Assembly: GCA_002633005.1 (NCBI GenBank)
Contig: NMRA01000080.1
Span: forward strand, 587,291-651,290
Reading direction: 5' to 3'
Length of the DNA: 64,000 bases
Source of the DNA: Phoronis australis
Taxonomy: Eukaryota; Animalia; Phoronida
A program made the position numbers and the translations under genes. The stretch's first letter is position 1. Each line of letters begins with the position of its first letter. The notes under the pieces are model-generated. The model was given only the letters and a program-made list of their open reading frames with translations. It was not told the DNA's origin and made no database searches. Positions 1 to 11,417 of this stretch are shown here, in pieces.

Positions 1-105
1 AAGTTCCGAGCTGTCATAGTTGCTTATAAGGCAGCTGGATCGTTCGTTTATTTTTGAAATACTGGCCATTCTTGACAAACCATCTGACGATTGAACAAGG
101 GTCAT
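1..105 (-). CDS. Possible N-terminus of an unidentified gene running off the window edge (MTLVQSSDGLSRMASISKINERSSCLISNYDSSEL...)
   Basis: ATG at 105 with an in-frame stop upstream; open for 35 codons to position 1; CpG-richer sequence upstream. No recognisable domain. Confidence 0.2.
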   Translation of the reverse strand, partial: MTLVQSSDGLSRMASISKINERSSCLISNYDSSEL

Positions 106-467
106 GGACGTGGTGTCTCAGCAGACGAACTCTTCAAAACAGAATGTTCAAAATTAGCCTTTGAAAAAGGCGATTGTTTACGTTGTCACAATGATAATTT
201 TAGTTACGTAATCTTTTAACAAAAGATTTTTATCACTTCAAACTTATATCGCGGTAATTCCTTCCAGCTATGTATATTACTCCAAACTGCGTCGTTTGCC
301 CTGCTTATAGTTGTCGAAAAAAACTTAAGTCGAATGAGACTTTCTGCTCTCATAATATCAGTCTCAATCGTTAACTACGTACGTAAACCAACACTGCGTA
401 GTCGCCAACCGACTAGTTGTCCGACGTCTTTCGTGAAAATGTCTCATAATTGCCGTGATAGCATTAC

Positions 468-586
468 ATTTCCGTTGCCAACAACAACATCGAAACCAAC
501 AGCGACTCAAGAGATGCCACTCAGAATGTATTGGGGTTGGCCAGCACTATGCAACTAAACCCGTGGCTTGAGTTGGTAACGGAAAT
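468..586. mobile_element. Small MITE-like element
   Basis: ATTTCCGTTGCCAAC (468-482) and GTTGGTAACGGAAAT (572-586) are inverted repeats, 14/15 match. Confidence 0.5.
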
Positions 587-2400
587 AGACCCCTCTCACG
601 ATAAGGACTGTTATGACACCGATTTTATGAAAGTAAATATATATTTAGGTTTTAGCCGCCTAAATAGCAGCTTTCAATAAACATTATTCGGGTAAAACAA
701 TATACTCAGATACGTTCCTTCGCAGCGACCTCATGTGACCATAGTGGGTAATGATGTACCGAGGCATTTTTTCATAGTCGAAGAGAGTTCACGCAAGGGA
801 GGTTCGTATATGTTATTGCGCTTATCGCGCTTGAACAGAGATAGACAGGTAAGTATAGACGCTCAATATACACTAGTACACGCGCGCCCTCTAGTAATGT
901 AAAGATTGTCGAATAGCCCCATTGATAAATCAACTTTCACTTTCTGAACAAACGGAAGTGCTTCGTAAGTTGAGTAATTTGGATGAATTTTGTTACATAA
1001 AACCTCATACCATCCCCTTCAGAATTTTTTTTTAGCTTAAAAGATTACGTTGGACCCTGGAGCTCCGAAGCATTATATCTCAGAAAGTGGCTGATCGTAT
1101 TCAAATGAAAGTTTTAGATGCTACATTTAAGTTAATGTACAAAATCAATTTAGGAATTTTAAAATGATTCACTTTTGCAAGATGGTTATCTACAGAGTTA
1201 ATGAAAAATCAGAACTTGCGCACGACTAAAACGAAATGATTCTTTAGAAAACTGTATTACTGCATTTTAAGATTTCATCAGTATTTGAACATTTTATGCA
1301 GATCAAACGAAATTTGGTCGTGTTACTTATGCCTTTGTTTTGCTAGAGAATGCATTTTACTTTTACTTTTTTCTAAATTTTGTGAAAACGACTTGTTTGC
1401 TTGACCTAATTAAAAGCATCATCACTTGTGTTACGTGCACCCATTGTTGTAAGGGTTGAAGCTGTATTGTTCAATCTTGTCCTTTTTAATATGTTTGTTA
1501 ATATTTTCGTTGGACTAACGTAACACTGTATGATTTTGTATCCCTCGTTTATGATTCGATAGTCCATAAAACTACTACTACTACAGAGTGTTGATAAGAA
1601 CCTCTTTGACTTTCATTTACTTACCGTGAATAACTTGAACTAAAGAACTTTCCCGCAACTAGTAAATCCAGCTAACCACGTGTGAAGGATGTAAAATTAC
1701 ACGTATATTATCTTTATGCAGCTTTGTACTCGGATTATTTCTCGTGCATAACCTCAAGAGAAACGTCAGTCAACAATAAATATTATTCATCCACGGGCGG
1801 GATTTTGTTACGCGGTCACCACTCAATATTTTGTGCGCATTGTTACCAATTGATTAAGCTCACAGTCCATTGATTTCGTTCATACACTTATCGATGTTCT
1901 TAGATGTGGGGCAAAAAAATTCATGCTAAAACAATGAGATAGCCTGCTCTCCAACGTTATTTCGTATTTGCATGTATTTGTTTAAAAAGAATAAGATAAA
2001 TACGTGACAATAAAACGTTTGAATGGTTGAAATTGATATCGGACTGCAACGAATGCTGCCATTTTGACATAATTAATTAGTAGTGCCAAGGAACTCCGTC
2101 GTGACGAACTCCTCTCTTGATTTTGGTCAGAATAAGGCGCACAGTGGAATAGGCGTACTTGGGCTTGGCTTTCCGATTAGGGGCATAACATATATTTTTG
2201 CCCGAGTATATATATACAGAATGTCATTCCCCTGTCGCCATTATCTGTCCTTCCAGTCTGTATCCCTTATGTCCCTTATTCAGTGGAGAAAACTGATTCA
2301 CAAAAGGCGGATACTTTATATACGACAGTCACCCACATGTGAACAAGTCAAAAAAAGAACACTGACATTCATTGCTGTTGTGCATGGAATAAAACAGGTT

Positions 2401-2452
2401 ACAAGACAAGCCCTTAAAACAAGACAAGCCCCTGATACAAGACAAGCCCCTG
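2401..2452. repeat. Three tandem copies of ACAAGACAAGCCC (18-19 bp period)
   Basis: Directly visible. Confidence 0.85.
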
Positions 2453-2639
2453 GCCAGTAATCACCGTTATTTCATTTCGGAGCTAGGAAACGAAAAAAGA
2501 GGAAACACAGCAGACTAAGAACCTTGCAAAACGCGCAAAAAATCGTAAGACAACGCCATGTACTACAAGCAGTGCACGTGATCACGATCAAGCTTCCTTC
2601 GCAAGATTATCGTGTCTGGCTACGGACGGTCAACACTGA

Positions 2640-4540
2640 CCCCGGCCAACCCGCGATCGAGAACGACAGGAAGGCGATCGAAAACGAAATTTGGCGCCAG
2701 AAGCGAAGCCAGGCAAGGTGAGTAAATTTGATGAATTTTCGTTGTTTTTACTTCCAATGTGAATACAGAGACAGGCGTAACACATTTAGGAAGGGCAGGT
2801 AGAGGTTTACGCTAGTTTCTCTCCCAATTATAGGAGAAATGTTACGTTGACCGAGGCATCGCTTAAGCCGAAGGTGATTTGTATGTCATTTTGGCAAATA
2901 GCCGTTATTTTTGGCACTAAATCAATAAATTGACCATGGAGTTATGAAGAAATGACGTGTGAAAATATAACGCAACGCTTGTTTTTTCAGTGTAGTTTTG
3001 TCAGGATATCTCATTTTTCGACGCTTTGCTGTTGAAAGATGCGGTCGAGAACGCAACGATAAGCGATCGGGAACGCAAATTTGTGTTTGTTTATGCGATC
3101 GGGAACGCATGGTGTGTCGAACAGTAATGAACTTTTTACTTATAAAATGTGAAAAAGGTTACAAAATAGGTGTGGTGCAATGAATTAATCACATTTTGTG
3201 TCGTTACTGTGTTACTTTCGTATCAAAACTGAACAACAACATAGCTTTATTTCCATTAAATTGCCATGAGCACTACACGTACATCAAGCATAATTTTAGT
3301 TTCACAAACGAATTTATTCTCATTTCAGGAAACAACTTCACTGTTAATGTGAGGCGAGCTTCAACGAACACGTTACCCACGACGTGAAGGTACACCCGAC
3401 CAGGGTTTTGAAAAGTACAGGTCAGGCATCTACTTTTAGACCAAACCACTGAGAACAAGGGTTTCTAAACTGAAGACTCACCAAGGAGTTGTTCCATGTG
3501 GCCTGTCAGCCAGGGCTAAACAAATTGTTGCAGCACCGAGATGAAAGCGAGTGCAGAATCTTCTTGTAAAATTGTGACAGCAGAAGGAAAAAAAACAAAT
3601 AGCCAGTGAAGTCAACGAATGATGATGATGCCCATGGGGAGAGAGGGGAGTGCAGCAACACTTCACGAGATGATTCAAAGAGTCTCACTCATAAACGTCT
3701 GGGATCAAAAAATTGGCCAGAAGTTGTGCAAACTGGTGGGATTTTACTTGATGTTTTACTGATAACATGATACAGATCGGATGAACAGACTGACTTGTGG
3801 CACCGTGTGGCTTGAATGTACGTTGTGTTTGACTCTTCTGTTTTGTAGTATTGGTCCTAAGTTCACCTGTATCATCAGTTCATGATCTCAAGTTTAATGT
3901 GACATTGAAAAAGATTGAGAGTTATAATACACATACTATATTGTGATTTTCTCAAGACGTAGTCAACATGATGTCATTAACGTCACTTCAACTACACACT
4001 GTAGTGATTTACAAAGGAAATCAATATTATAGCATTTCTATTATAATATTAATCTTTTATCACACGTACCTCAAAATTGGTCTTACAAAATTATATAAAT
4101 TTATTTATAGGGAAATCAACAAAACAAATCCATTGAACATTTCCGACGAATTACTTTTGGAATGTATTAGACTAAATCATCACTGAATCATAGACAATGT
4201 ATTTAGGACTGATTCATAGTATACTGGTCTCTCACAGGAAATCAACAATATGAAAGCAATTTCTACAATAATCATAGACATACATTTTCATTTAAAATAC
4301 TCATTGGTCAGAACAATTGTCTGTAAATAATGCCCAGAGACACTTAGTATAGCCATTTAAATCTACCTAACCACTACAAAAACGTACTGGTTCTGTTAAA
4401 GATCCTTTTGAAATAACACAAATATAGAAAAAACTTGAGGAAAAAGGTTCAAAACAAAGCGTCAAAATACTATCAGATCAGTCAACTACCAACTACAGAC
4501 TTTGTAAATCTGAATAAACTATAGTGACTTAACAACATGA
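2640..4540 (+). other. Putative spliced transcription unit A (non-coding or decayed)
   Basis: Donor AG|GTGAGT at 2718, acceptor TTTCAG at 3328, AATAAA 4513-4518; five copies of a GCGATCGRGAACG-type motif; homologous to inverted unit B. Confidence 0.35.
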
Positions 4541-4614
4541 TGTGTTTTACTATATTGGTAAAAAAACTCTTGACGCATGCAACGCGTCAATCACAGGGCT
4601 GGTAAAGGTCTTGC

Positions 4615-5530
4615 TTTGTTGTAGTGTCACTGTATTTTATTGCCATGTGGTCATACTAAGTCCATTTCTTAGTTCCTGAACGGAGGCTCCACAACACACA
4701 AACACACTCCGTTGTGTCATGCAGCAGTTGTACTACTCTGTTTTGAAGGCGTGGACGTAAACACCCTGAAGGACTCGTCGTGTGGCTACACAATGAGTTC
4801 AACTGAAAAAATCAAACGCATTCAGTTATGTTTGTTAGACTACATCTCACTTAGAAAAAATTAAAAAACGATGAAATGTAATTAATAATTAACCCGGCAT
4901 CATCTAATTCAGGCTCGGTATTATTCTAAAATTATTGACAAAATACCGTAACTTGAACGACTATTCAGGTCAATGCAGAGAAAAAATGTACGTTCACGAT
5001 TGCTTTTTTGCGTTCACGATCGTCATAAAAAATTAACGACATCGTTCCCCATCGCCGTCTCACACAAGGACCTGTTTGTATTGGTAAATATTTCAAATTG
5101 TTTCACAAATTATAACTAAGAAAGGTGTCACCAGGGACGATTAAACTATAAACGTCACACGCTTCTTCTTAAGAATCCTGGAATTGCTAATAACAACTAG
5201 AAATTGTCGATTTTACGACGCGCAAGGCATTTTACCGAAAGCCATTGCTTTCTGAGCTTTTTATCTTAAAAAAAGAAGCAAAAGCCAAGTATTATTTCAG
5301 ATCCACAACAAAGGTTACACTCTGACGCTTTTCTGTGTGTAACATTTGTACCAAAGTGGCCTCTATTTAAGCAGAAAATGACACTTAAACTCACCGGGTA
5401 CGTGACTGTTGTCTGCCATTTTTGGTGCAAGGTCTCGTTCTCCATCGCCTTCCGGGCGTTCTCGATCGCAGGTGGGCCGGGGTGGGTCAAGCCAGGCTCA
5501 CAAGCAGCAAGTTCCTCAATGACCATTGAC
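4615..5530 (-). other. Putative spliced transcription unit B, inverted paralog of unit A
   Basis: Donor CG|GTGAGT at 5394, acceptor TTTTTTCAG at 4803, AATAAA at 4641-4636; five motif copies; spliced 92-aa ORF possible (5526-5395 + 4802-4656). Confidence 0.35.
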
Positions 5531-6928
5531 GTCACTCACTACTACTTACAATACAAGCATATTTTATTGGGATTTGGGACAGTTGAAGTTGGGAGATTGG
5601 GTTCGGCAAAGATTTAGTGTCCAACTCTTAACTTTTATGTTTCTCATATGGTTATGAGACATCGGGAAATTCGTCTGCCTGTGACAAGAAACAGGGTTAT
5701 AATGTTTTTTCACTGTCTAAGGTAGTGTTCCAAGTTCTTTGTACAGAAGCGTAATAACCAACGTGCTGGAGTTTCTTCTGTCCAAAAACAAGCAATATTA
5801 GTGGCGCTGCGATCGCTCGTAGAGTTCTGTTTTTTTGGTTCTGAGTAAGCTTCTAGATTAGTCCATACAGGGCTGGAAGAGAAAGGTGTTTAGGGGCTCT
5901 CCCACCAGTCCCAGAGAACANATCTGGGTCAGTTTTAGGGGGGGGGGGCATGGCCCCCTTGGCCCACCTCTAAATCCACCACTGATATCTATAAAATTTT
6001 GAAAGAGATGTCCCAATACATCGACCCCACCTTCAGACAGTTTCACGCTCTTGCACTTTTCATTATAAAACGCAGTAACATCATCATTACATGGAGCTTA
6101 AATTAAAACATGGCAACCCCAGACGAAGCTAAGAAAAGCAAAATGCAACTCAAGAAAGTCCAGAAACTTTGAGACATAAGATAAATGAATGTCTAAAAAC
6201 AGATTCAATTTTCATTGCTTACTTTCTCTGGGTTCCAAGCTAAAGATAACTCTATGAACAATTTGCATTTTTAAACCTAATTTAGTTTCAAATCGAAAGT
6301 GAGTAATCAAGCATTATATGAAGTTCTTGGAGAAATACAAGTTTGAAGATTTTAATTAAAAAGTTTTGATAATCTATTAGCCAGAAAATCACACATAAGT
6401 GTCATATCAAATCACCCATTTTTTAAGCAAATTAGATTGGAAATTAAAGTGGAAACAAACCTGTGGAAAAAATAAATTTCGATTAAGGTCACTTACGGTG
6501 ATCAAATTGGTCTCAACTTGTTCCTTGCTTGGATAAGAAGTGATTTTTGATCGTGCAAAGACCCGACAATTCATTATTCATCGCGACCATGCTTGACACA
6601 TAAGCTGACACAGTCTGACAAGTCAATTTGAAGAGCCTGATCTCAAGCAATTACAAACTGTCAGTTATTGGAATATCCAGAAATCCCACCCATTCAAGGA
6701 CTAAAGAACAATTTGAGACCAATTTCACAACCGTGAAAAAGGTCTAGAAACAAAACTTCATTAGTTTTTGTGACAGAAGGTGGGCTAATACCTGTTTTAA
6801 ACAGCAAATAAAACTGAATTTAGGGAATACTATACGATTAGAAACCATTTAACACACACCTCAAATCCAACTTAAATTTCAACACATACAAAAGCACGAA
6901 GAAAAATAAAGTCAATTTATTTTGGACA

Positions 6929-7744
6929 TCAGCTTGCAGCAACTGTATAGCACTCTATATCATCCAGCTGACTACAATTTTCATCTACATATTCTAAAAT
7001 CAATGTCCCTCCATTAAACACAAAACCTTCTGTCTCTAGTTGATCAAGAGTTTTTCCCATATCAATAGACACCAAGGATCCGTCTTCAAACTCAAACAGT
7101 CGTAGCTTTTTGCAACCACGAACATTGTTCTTGTTAGATAAACCAAACAGCTCAGCAGAAACATCAATAACTTTACCAATGGTCCATTTCTTTGAGAATA
7201 TAATCGGCTTCGATTTAGAGGGGCCTCCGGCTGGGCCTACAACTCTGAGATAGAACCTCTCCATTTCAGGCAAGTTTTTGTTGCCCACAGCATGTAATTT
7301 GATTTTCATTAGAGCAACTTTGGCCGCCGTCTTTTTAGATTTGGCTCCCCTGATTTTTTTAACAACAGGTTGCTTGGATTCAGACAATATCTTCTTTACG
7401 TGCTGAGCAGTCTTTGATTCCTTTGTTTCAAGCAACAGCAGAGGGCACCCGTGCTCTTGTTGATGCCGGTGACCAAGACAGAAATGTTTTTCACAGTGTT
7501 CACAAATTATGGCCACCAATTCTTTATTGCAGCAACTACCAACAGAGCAAGGAATCGCCTTTTCTTTTCCGGGAACTTGCAAATGCTGCGAAACCTTAGT
7601 CTGGGTCTCAGTGCAGTTATGACAATCCGTCGAACTGTGGTCTTTACAGAACACTCGATCGCAGAAGTGACAACGGATTGGCAAAAAATCCAGCAGTTTA
7701 CAACTCGTAACTTGACAGTGTTGACCAATTTCAAGTTCTGCCAT
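6929..7744 (-). CDS. ZFAND1: AN1-type zinc finger protein 1, intronless, 271 aa
   Basis: MAELEIGQHC start, two AN1 fingers (C..C..LDFLP..C..C...FC..H; C....C......I.C..C...FCL.HRHQ.EH.C), TAAKVALMKIKLHAVG and C-terminal ubiquitin-like domain (FSKKWTIGKVID...GGTLILEY); AATAAA at 6921-6916. Confidence 0.95.
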   Translation of the reverse strand: MAELEIGQHCQVTSCKLLDFLPIRCHFCDRVFCKDHSSTDCHNCTETQTKVSQHLQVPGKEKAIPCSVGSCCNKELVAIICEHCEKHFCLGHRHQQEHGCPLLLLETKESKTAQHVKKILSESKQPVVKKIRGAKSKKTAAKVALMKIKLHAVGNKNLPEMERFYLRVVGPAGGPSKSKPIIFSKKWTIGKVIDVSAELFGLSNKNNVRGCKKLRLFEFEDGSLVSIDMGKTLDQLETEGFVFNGGTLILEYVDENCSQLDDIECYTVAAS

Positions 7745-7880
7745 AACTGAATTTTGGTCGAAGTGTCTTCTTTCTTGACTTAAAAGTTAGGGCCTATCTC
7801 TGAAGCCAATAAGTGCTACCTCACAAGTGAAAAATAAGAAAAAGTCGACGGCGTTCTCTCTAACTAACCTACTTCGTTAA

Positions 7881-7888
7881 CCGGAAGT
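7881..7888. promoter_or_regulatory. ETS-type motif CCGGAAGT upstream of ZFAND1
   Basis: Consensus ETS/GABPA site about 140 bp upstream of the ATG. Confidence 0.4.
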
Positions 7889-10800
7889 ATGAATTGGTTT
7901 ACGAGCGCCACCAAACGGAATAAAGTTTTGTGTAGGAGATAAGCAAATTGCCAAGACAACACAGTGAATACTGATGAACGAAGGTCAAGCTAAAGCCTGG
8001 TGGAAAAAGTGCGTTTGTCACAGAACTACTGTCCATGAGCAACCTTTGTTCCAGTTTATAGAAATAGTAGATGGTAAGTAGTAAAAGAATCACAGGTTCA
8101 AGGAAATATTTCAAATGACTGACATAAATTTAGTGGTGATCTAGCCAACGTGTCGCCCCCTTTTGTGTGCAAACCTAACCCTTAATGCGGGTGTTTACAT
8201 GGCCTAGATCGTGACCTGTTAATGTAAGTACTGACCCTAATTCGGGACTAATTTGATTAGAGTTCGTCACTAATCATCATTGACGCTATAGGGGTCCAAC
8301 AATGTCAATGGGAGGACTACAGGCTGAACAAATGGAAAGCTGACATTTACTGTAGATCAAGTCTGAACTGGGCCAGCACAACTGTCACAACTGCTGAACT
8401 GGCACGTCATCACATGACAGTAGCACAGGAGACCAGTGTCTTACATTTAGACTGTCACAACAGTGTCATTTAGTCCTGGGTAAAAAGTTTGAATGAGTGA
8501 AGCAGTGGTTAGACCCTTGGAAATTACATTGCCTGAGTTAACAGTGACCAAAAAAGTGGAGTTGGAATTCTTTGCCAAAGTCATCTTAATTCTTGTAGTT
8601 GTATACTAATCATTGAGGATATGTACAGAACCAGAAAGTCCTTTTTGAGTGACACTTTGAAGTGTGAAATGTATTGTTACAAGATCAAAATTTCTTATTT
8701 GGTGACCGGATTTAGGCTATACTGCTCATTTAAAATACACAGAGATGAAACTAGAAACCGATGGGGAGTGTTGTAGTCTCTACGTGTTTCCTAGTTAAAG
8801 CAACAATGCCACGATATAGGGTAGAATGCTAATGGTTGGATAAGTGGCACCGCCACCTTGTGAAACACTTAACTAGTACACCACTTAATTGTGACAATTA
8901 TGGACAATAATCATAGTTCATACTTCAACCACTGCTCCTTGCATGGTTTAATTGTAACATATCAAGCAACAAGCAGCTTGAAAAATTCAGTATCATGATC
9001 TTCTATTTGTTTTCATTGTGCTTCAACTTTTATCTACCAGGCCAAGAGCATCCCCCTTGTTATGGTCAGAATAAAGTCTATGTATTGGTGCAAAAATAAT
9101 TTCATTGACGCACTGTGATTGCTCAACTGAGTCCAACGGATCCATTAAAGTTGGAATCCAAAAAGGACAGAAATAATGTGGCACATAGCTAGGTGCTCAA
9201 ACTGACCCATAGGCCATGGGGCTCAGTTCTCTCATACCCATGTTTTTTCCAAAATGATTCCTGAATCAGGAACTGTCAATTTCTATGCAAACCGAGAATT
9301 CTTTTTTGAATCCCAATTTCATAATTATAAATGGTCTCGACTAAAGGTTGGTTTTGTGATGGAATGCATGTTTAGTCACTTTGAAGAAAAACAAAGTTGG
9401 ACTAATACTGTGCTGATTTGTGTTTTTTTATTGAGAATGTTGTCCTGTATTGCTACTGATAAAATGTGAATTTGTCCACACAGGAAGTTGTTTCAAGTTT
9501 GTGTAAATGGCTGCAAACAAGAATTAAAACGCGCAAGATGCCTTACCATAAAAATATTTCAAAAGCCTATTACGTGGCTTTGAAAGTGATAGTCGAGATA
9601 TACCGCTGTATGGTCAAAGACAATCATTTAATTGTGAAAGCTGGTATTGAGGATAATTGACATATATAAATAATTTTGTCATTACTATCAATTTCCAATG
9701 ATAGGATAGGCGATTCTGAATTTTGTTTTGACATGGTCATGGTGTGTACCTCTACATGTAGGTGTAGTAACAGCTCATTGTGGCCAATTTTCTAAACTTG
9801 GATTTAAATTCACCCATTCTGCAAGACTACAAAGTTTAAATTGATGGGTTACAGAAAAAATGGTTGATTGAATGCTTGAATGCTCTGTAAATCCAAGGTC
9901 AAACTCAAGTCTTATTGCACAATTGTTTATTACTGCCAACAACAAACTTTAAATAAATTTTATTATTTATTACATTTATCATGCAATCAATACCACTAAC
10001 AGCTTATTCTTACAAAACAAAAATTACACATTGAAACTGAATAAATCGCCTGGATCCTTTTTAGACACCTCTGTAAATCTTACAAACATTATGCAACAAT
10101 AGTCACGATTTCAGAGTAGCTAAAAGTAAATTTCCTCATTTGGAAAGGTCTAAAACTTGGTTGACGCACAAAATTAATTGCGATCCAATTTAACAATCAA
10201 TTGCTTTCTGGAAGTCAATGTCCTTGTGTTCCACAAAGTTAGCAAAATTTCTCACATGACGATGAAGTACAACCGCACTCTAATGAGCCCTTCCAGGACT
10301 TTCTGAAACACTGAAAAGTTGTGACCGAATAAAGCAACCTATTAAACGATACAGTTGGCTTGACACTTGAGGAATGGAACATTACATTAATATGCAAATG
10401 AGATCAATAGGATGCTTTGTAATGCAGTCTGATTAAATTTAACAAAATAATACATCAATAGCTGCGGAGTTCTTCTATTGTCTTATTCAGTGTAGCCCTT
10501 ACCCTAATGTAATCCAAGGTTCACAGCCACTCACATAGAACTGTTGTCTGTTTCATTAGAAATGACTATTAAACACCGAATGCATAATTTGATCTCCCAC
10601 TTCCACTTCACAATTGCTCAATAAAGGTTTTGTCAAGTAATTAATGACTGCAACACAGTCTAGAAATTATCTCAATAACCAGCACTTGTGTGTATATTCT
10701 CAGAGACTGTGACTTTGCTCAACTGAGATTTTAATTTTTTTTCACAAATAATTGTGTGGAGCGTAGGACTAAATTTCCATTTTTTACGAAAGAGACCCCG

Positions 10801-11288
10801 GGACAGATGTAAACTTTAGAGTGAGACACTAACAAATACTCACAGACTTTTTCCAACTTCATAAACACTGGTTATCATAAAACATGGAATAATATCAAAC
10901 GCATTCCAGCCACTCACGGCCAGTAATGTGACCTCTGTATGCAAATACAGATAACTAGCCGTTAACATCATTCCCAGACAAAAATTAGGCCAATCTCAAA
11001 ATTAACTGTAAAAACTTAATAATATGGAAAACCAACTTGATGACATGTTCACCACAGTCCAGTTAGTCAGTTTCACAGATAGCACCACTCACACCAACTT
11101 TAACCAGCTTTTGACTTCTTTAATCTGGGTGTGATGTCATTGGACAAGTTAAGACCATTCATTTTTAGATCGCATAGCTCGTCAGCTTGCACAATTGCCA
11201 TACTCTGAGAGTATTCCTTTAAGTGTGTGGTAGGCTACAGACTAATATGACTAAACATTCTTGACTACACATGACGTTGAGCGTCTTA

Positions 11289-11417
11289 TCATGAATCTCG
11301 TTTTCCATCGTCCAACAGAGGTGGCGCTAGTCTCAGTTTGAGATGATTGCGAAGTAAACTTCTTGTTCTAGAACTACCTGTCCCCTCCGGCCTTGCAAGC
11401 TCGCTCAATATCCTCAT
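11289..11417 (-). CDS. VPS8: VPS8 exon 34 (last), MRILSELAR...LRLAPPLLDDGKRDS*
   Basis: Acceptor TGTTGTAG, phase 0, TGA at 11291-11289. Confidence 0.8.
   Translation of the reverse strand: MRILSELARPEGTGSSRTRSLLRNHLKLRLAPPLLDDGKRDS

Noticed and set aside
2140-2147. CACAGTGG as a Transib/RSS-like terminus for the 2.5-5.6 kb element
   Set aside because: No matching inverted terminus or TSD found on the right side.
5867-5984. G/C-run fragment ending CTAAATCCACCACTG (similar relic at 25122-25304)
   Set aside because: Looks like a common short DNA-transposon relic but boundaries cannot be defined; contains an N.
7414-7750. Short ORFs overlapping ZFAND1
   Set aside because: Shadow frames of a real CDS with no independent features.
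7900-9960. Possible divergent lncRNA from the ZFAND1 promoter (GTAAGT donors near 8074 and 8224, AATAAA near 9952)
   Set aside because: Isolated short signals only; no structure supportable without RNA data.
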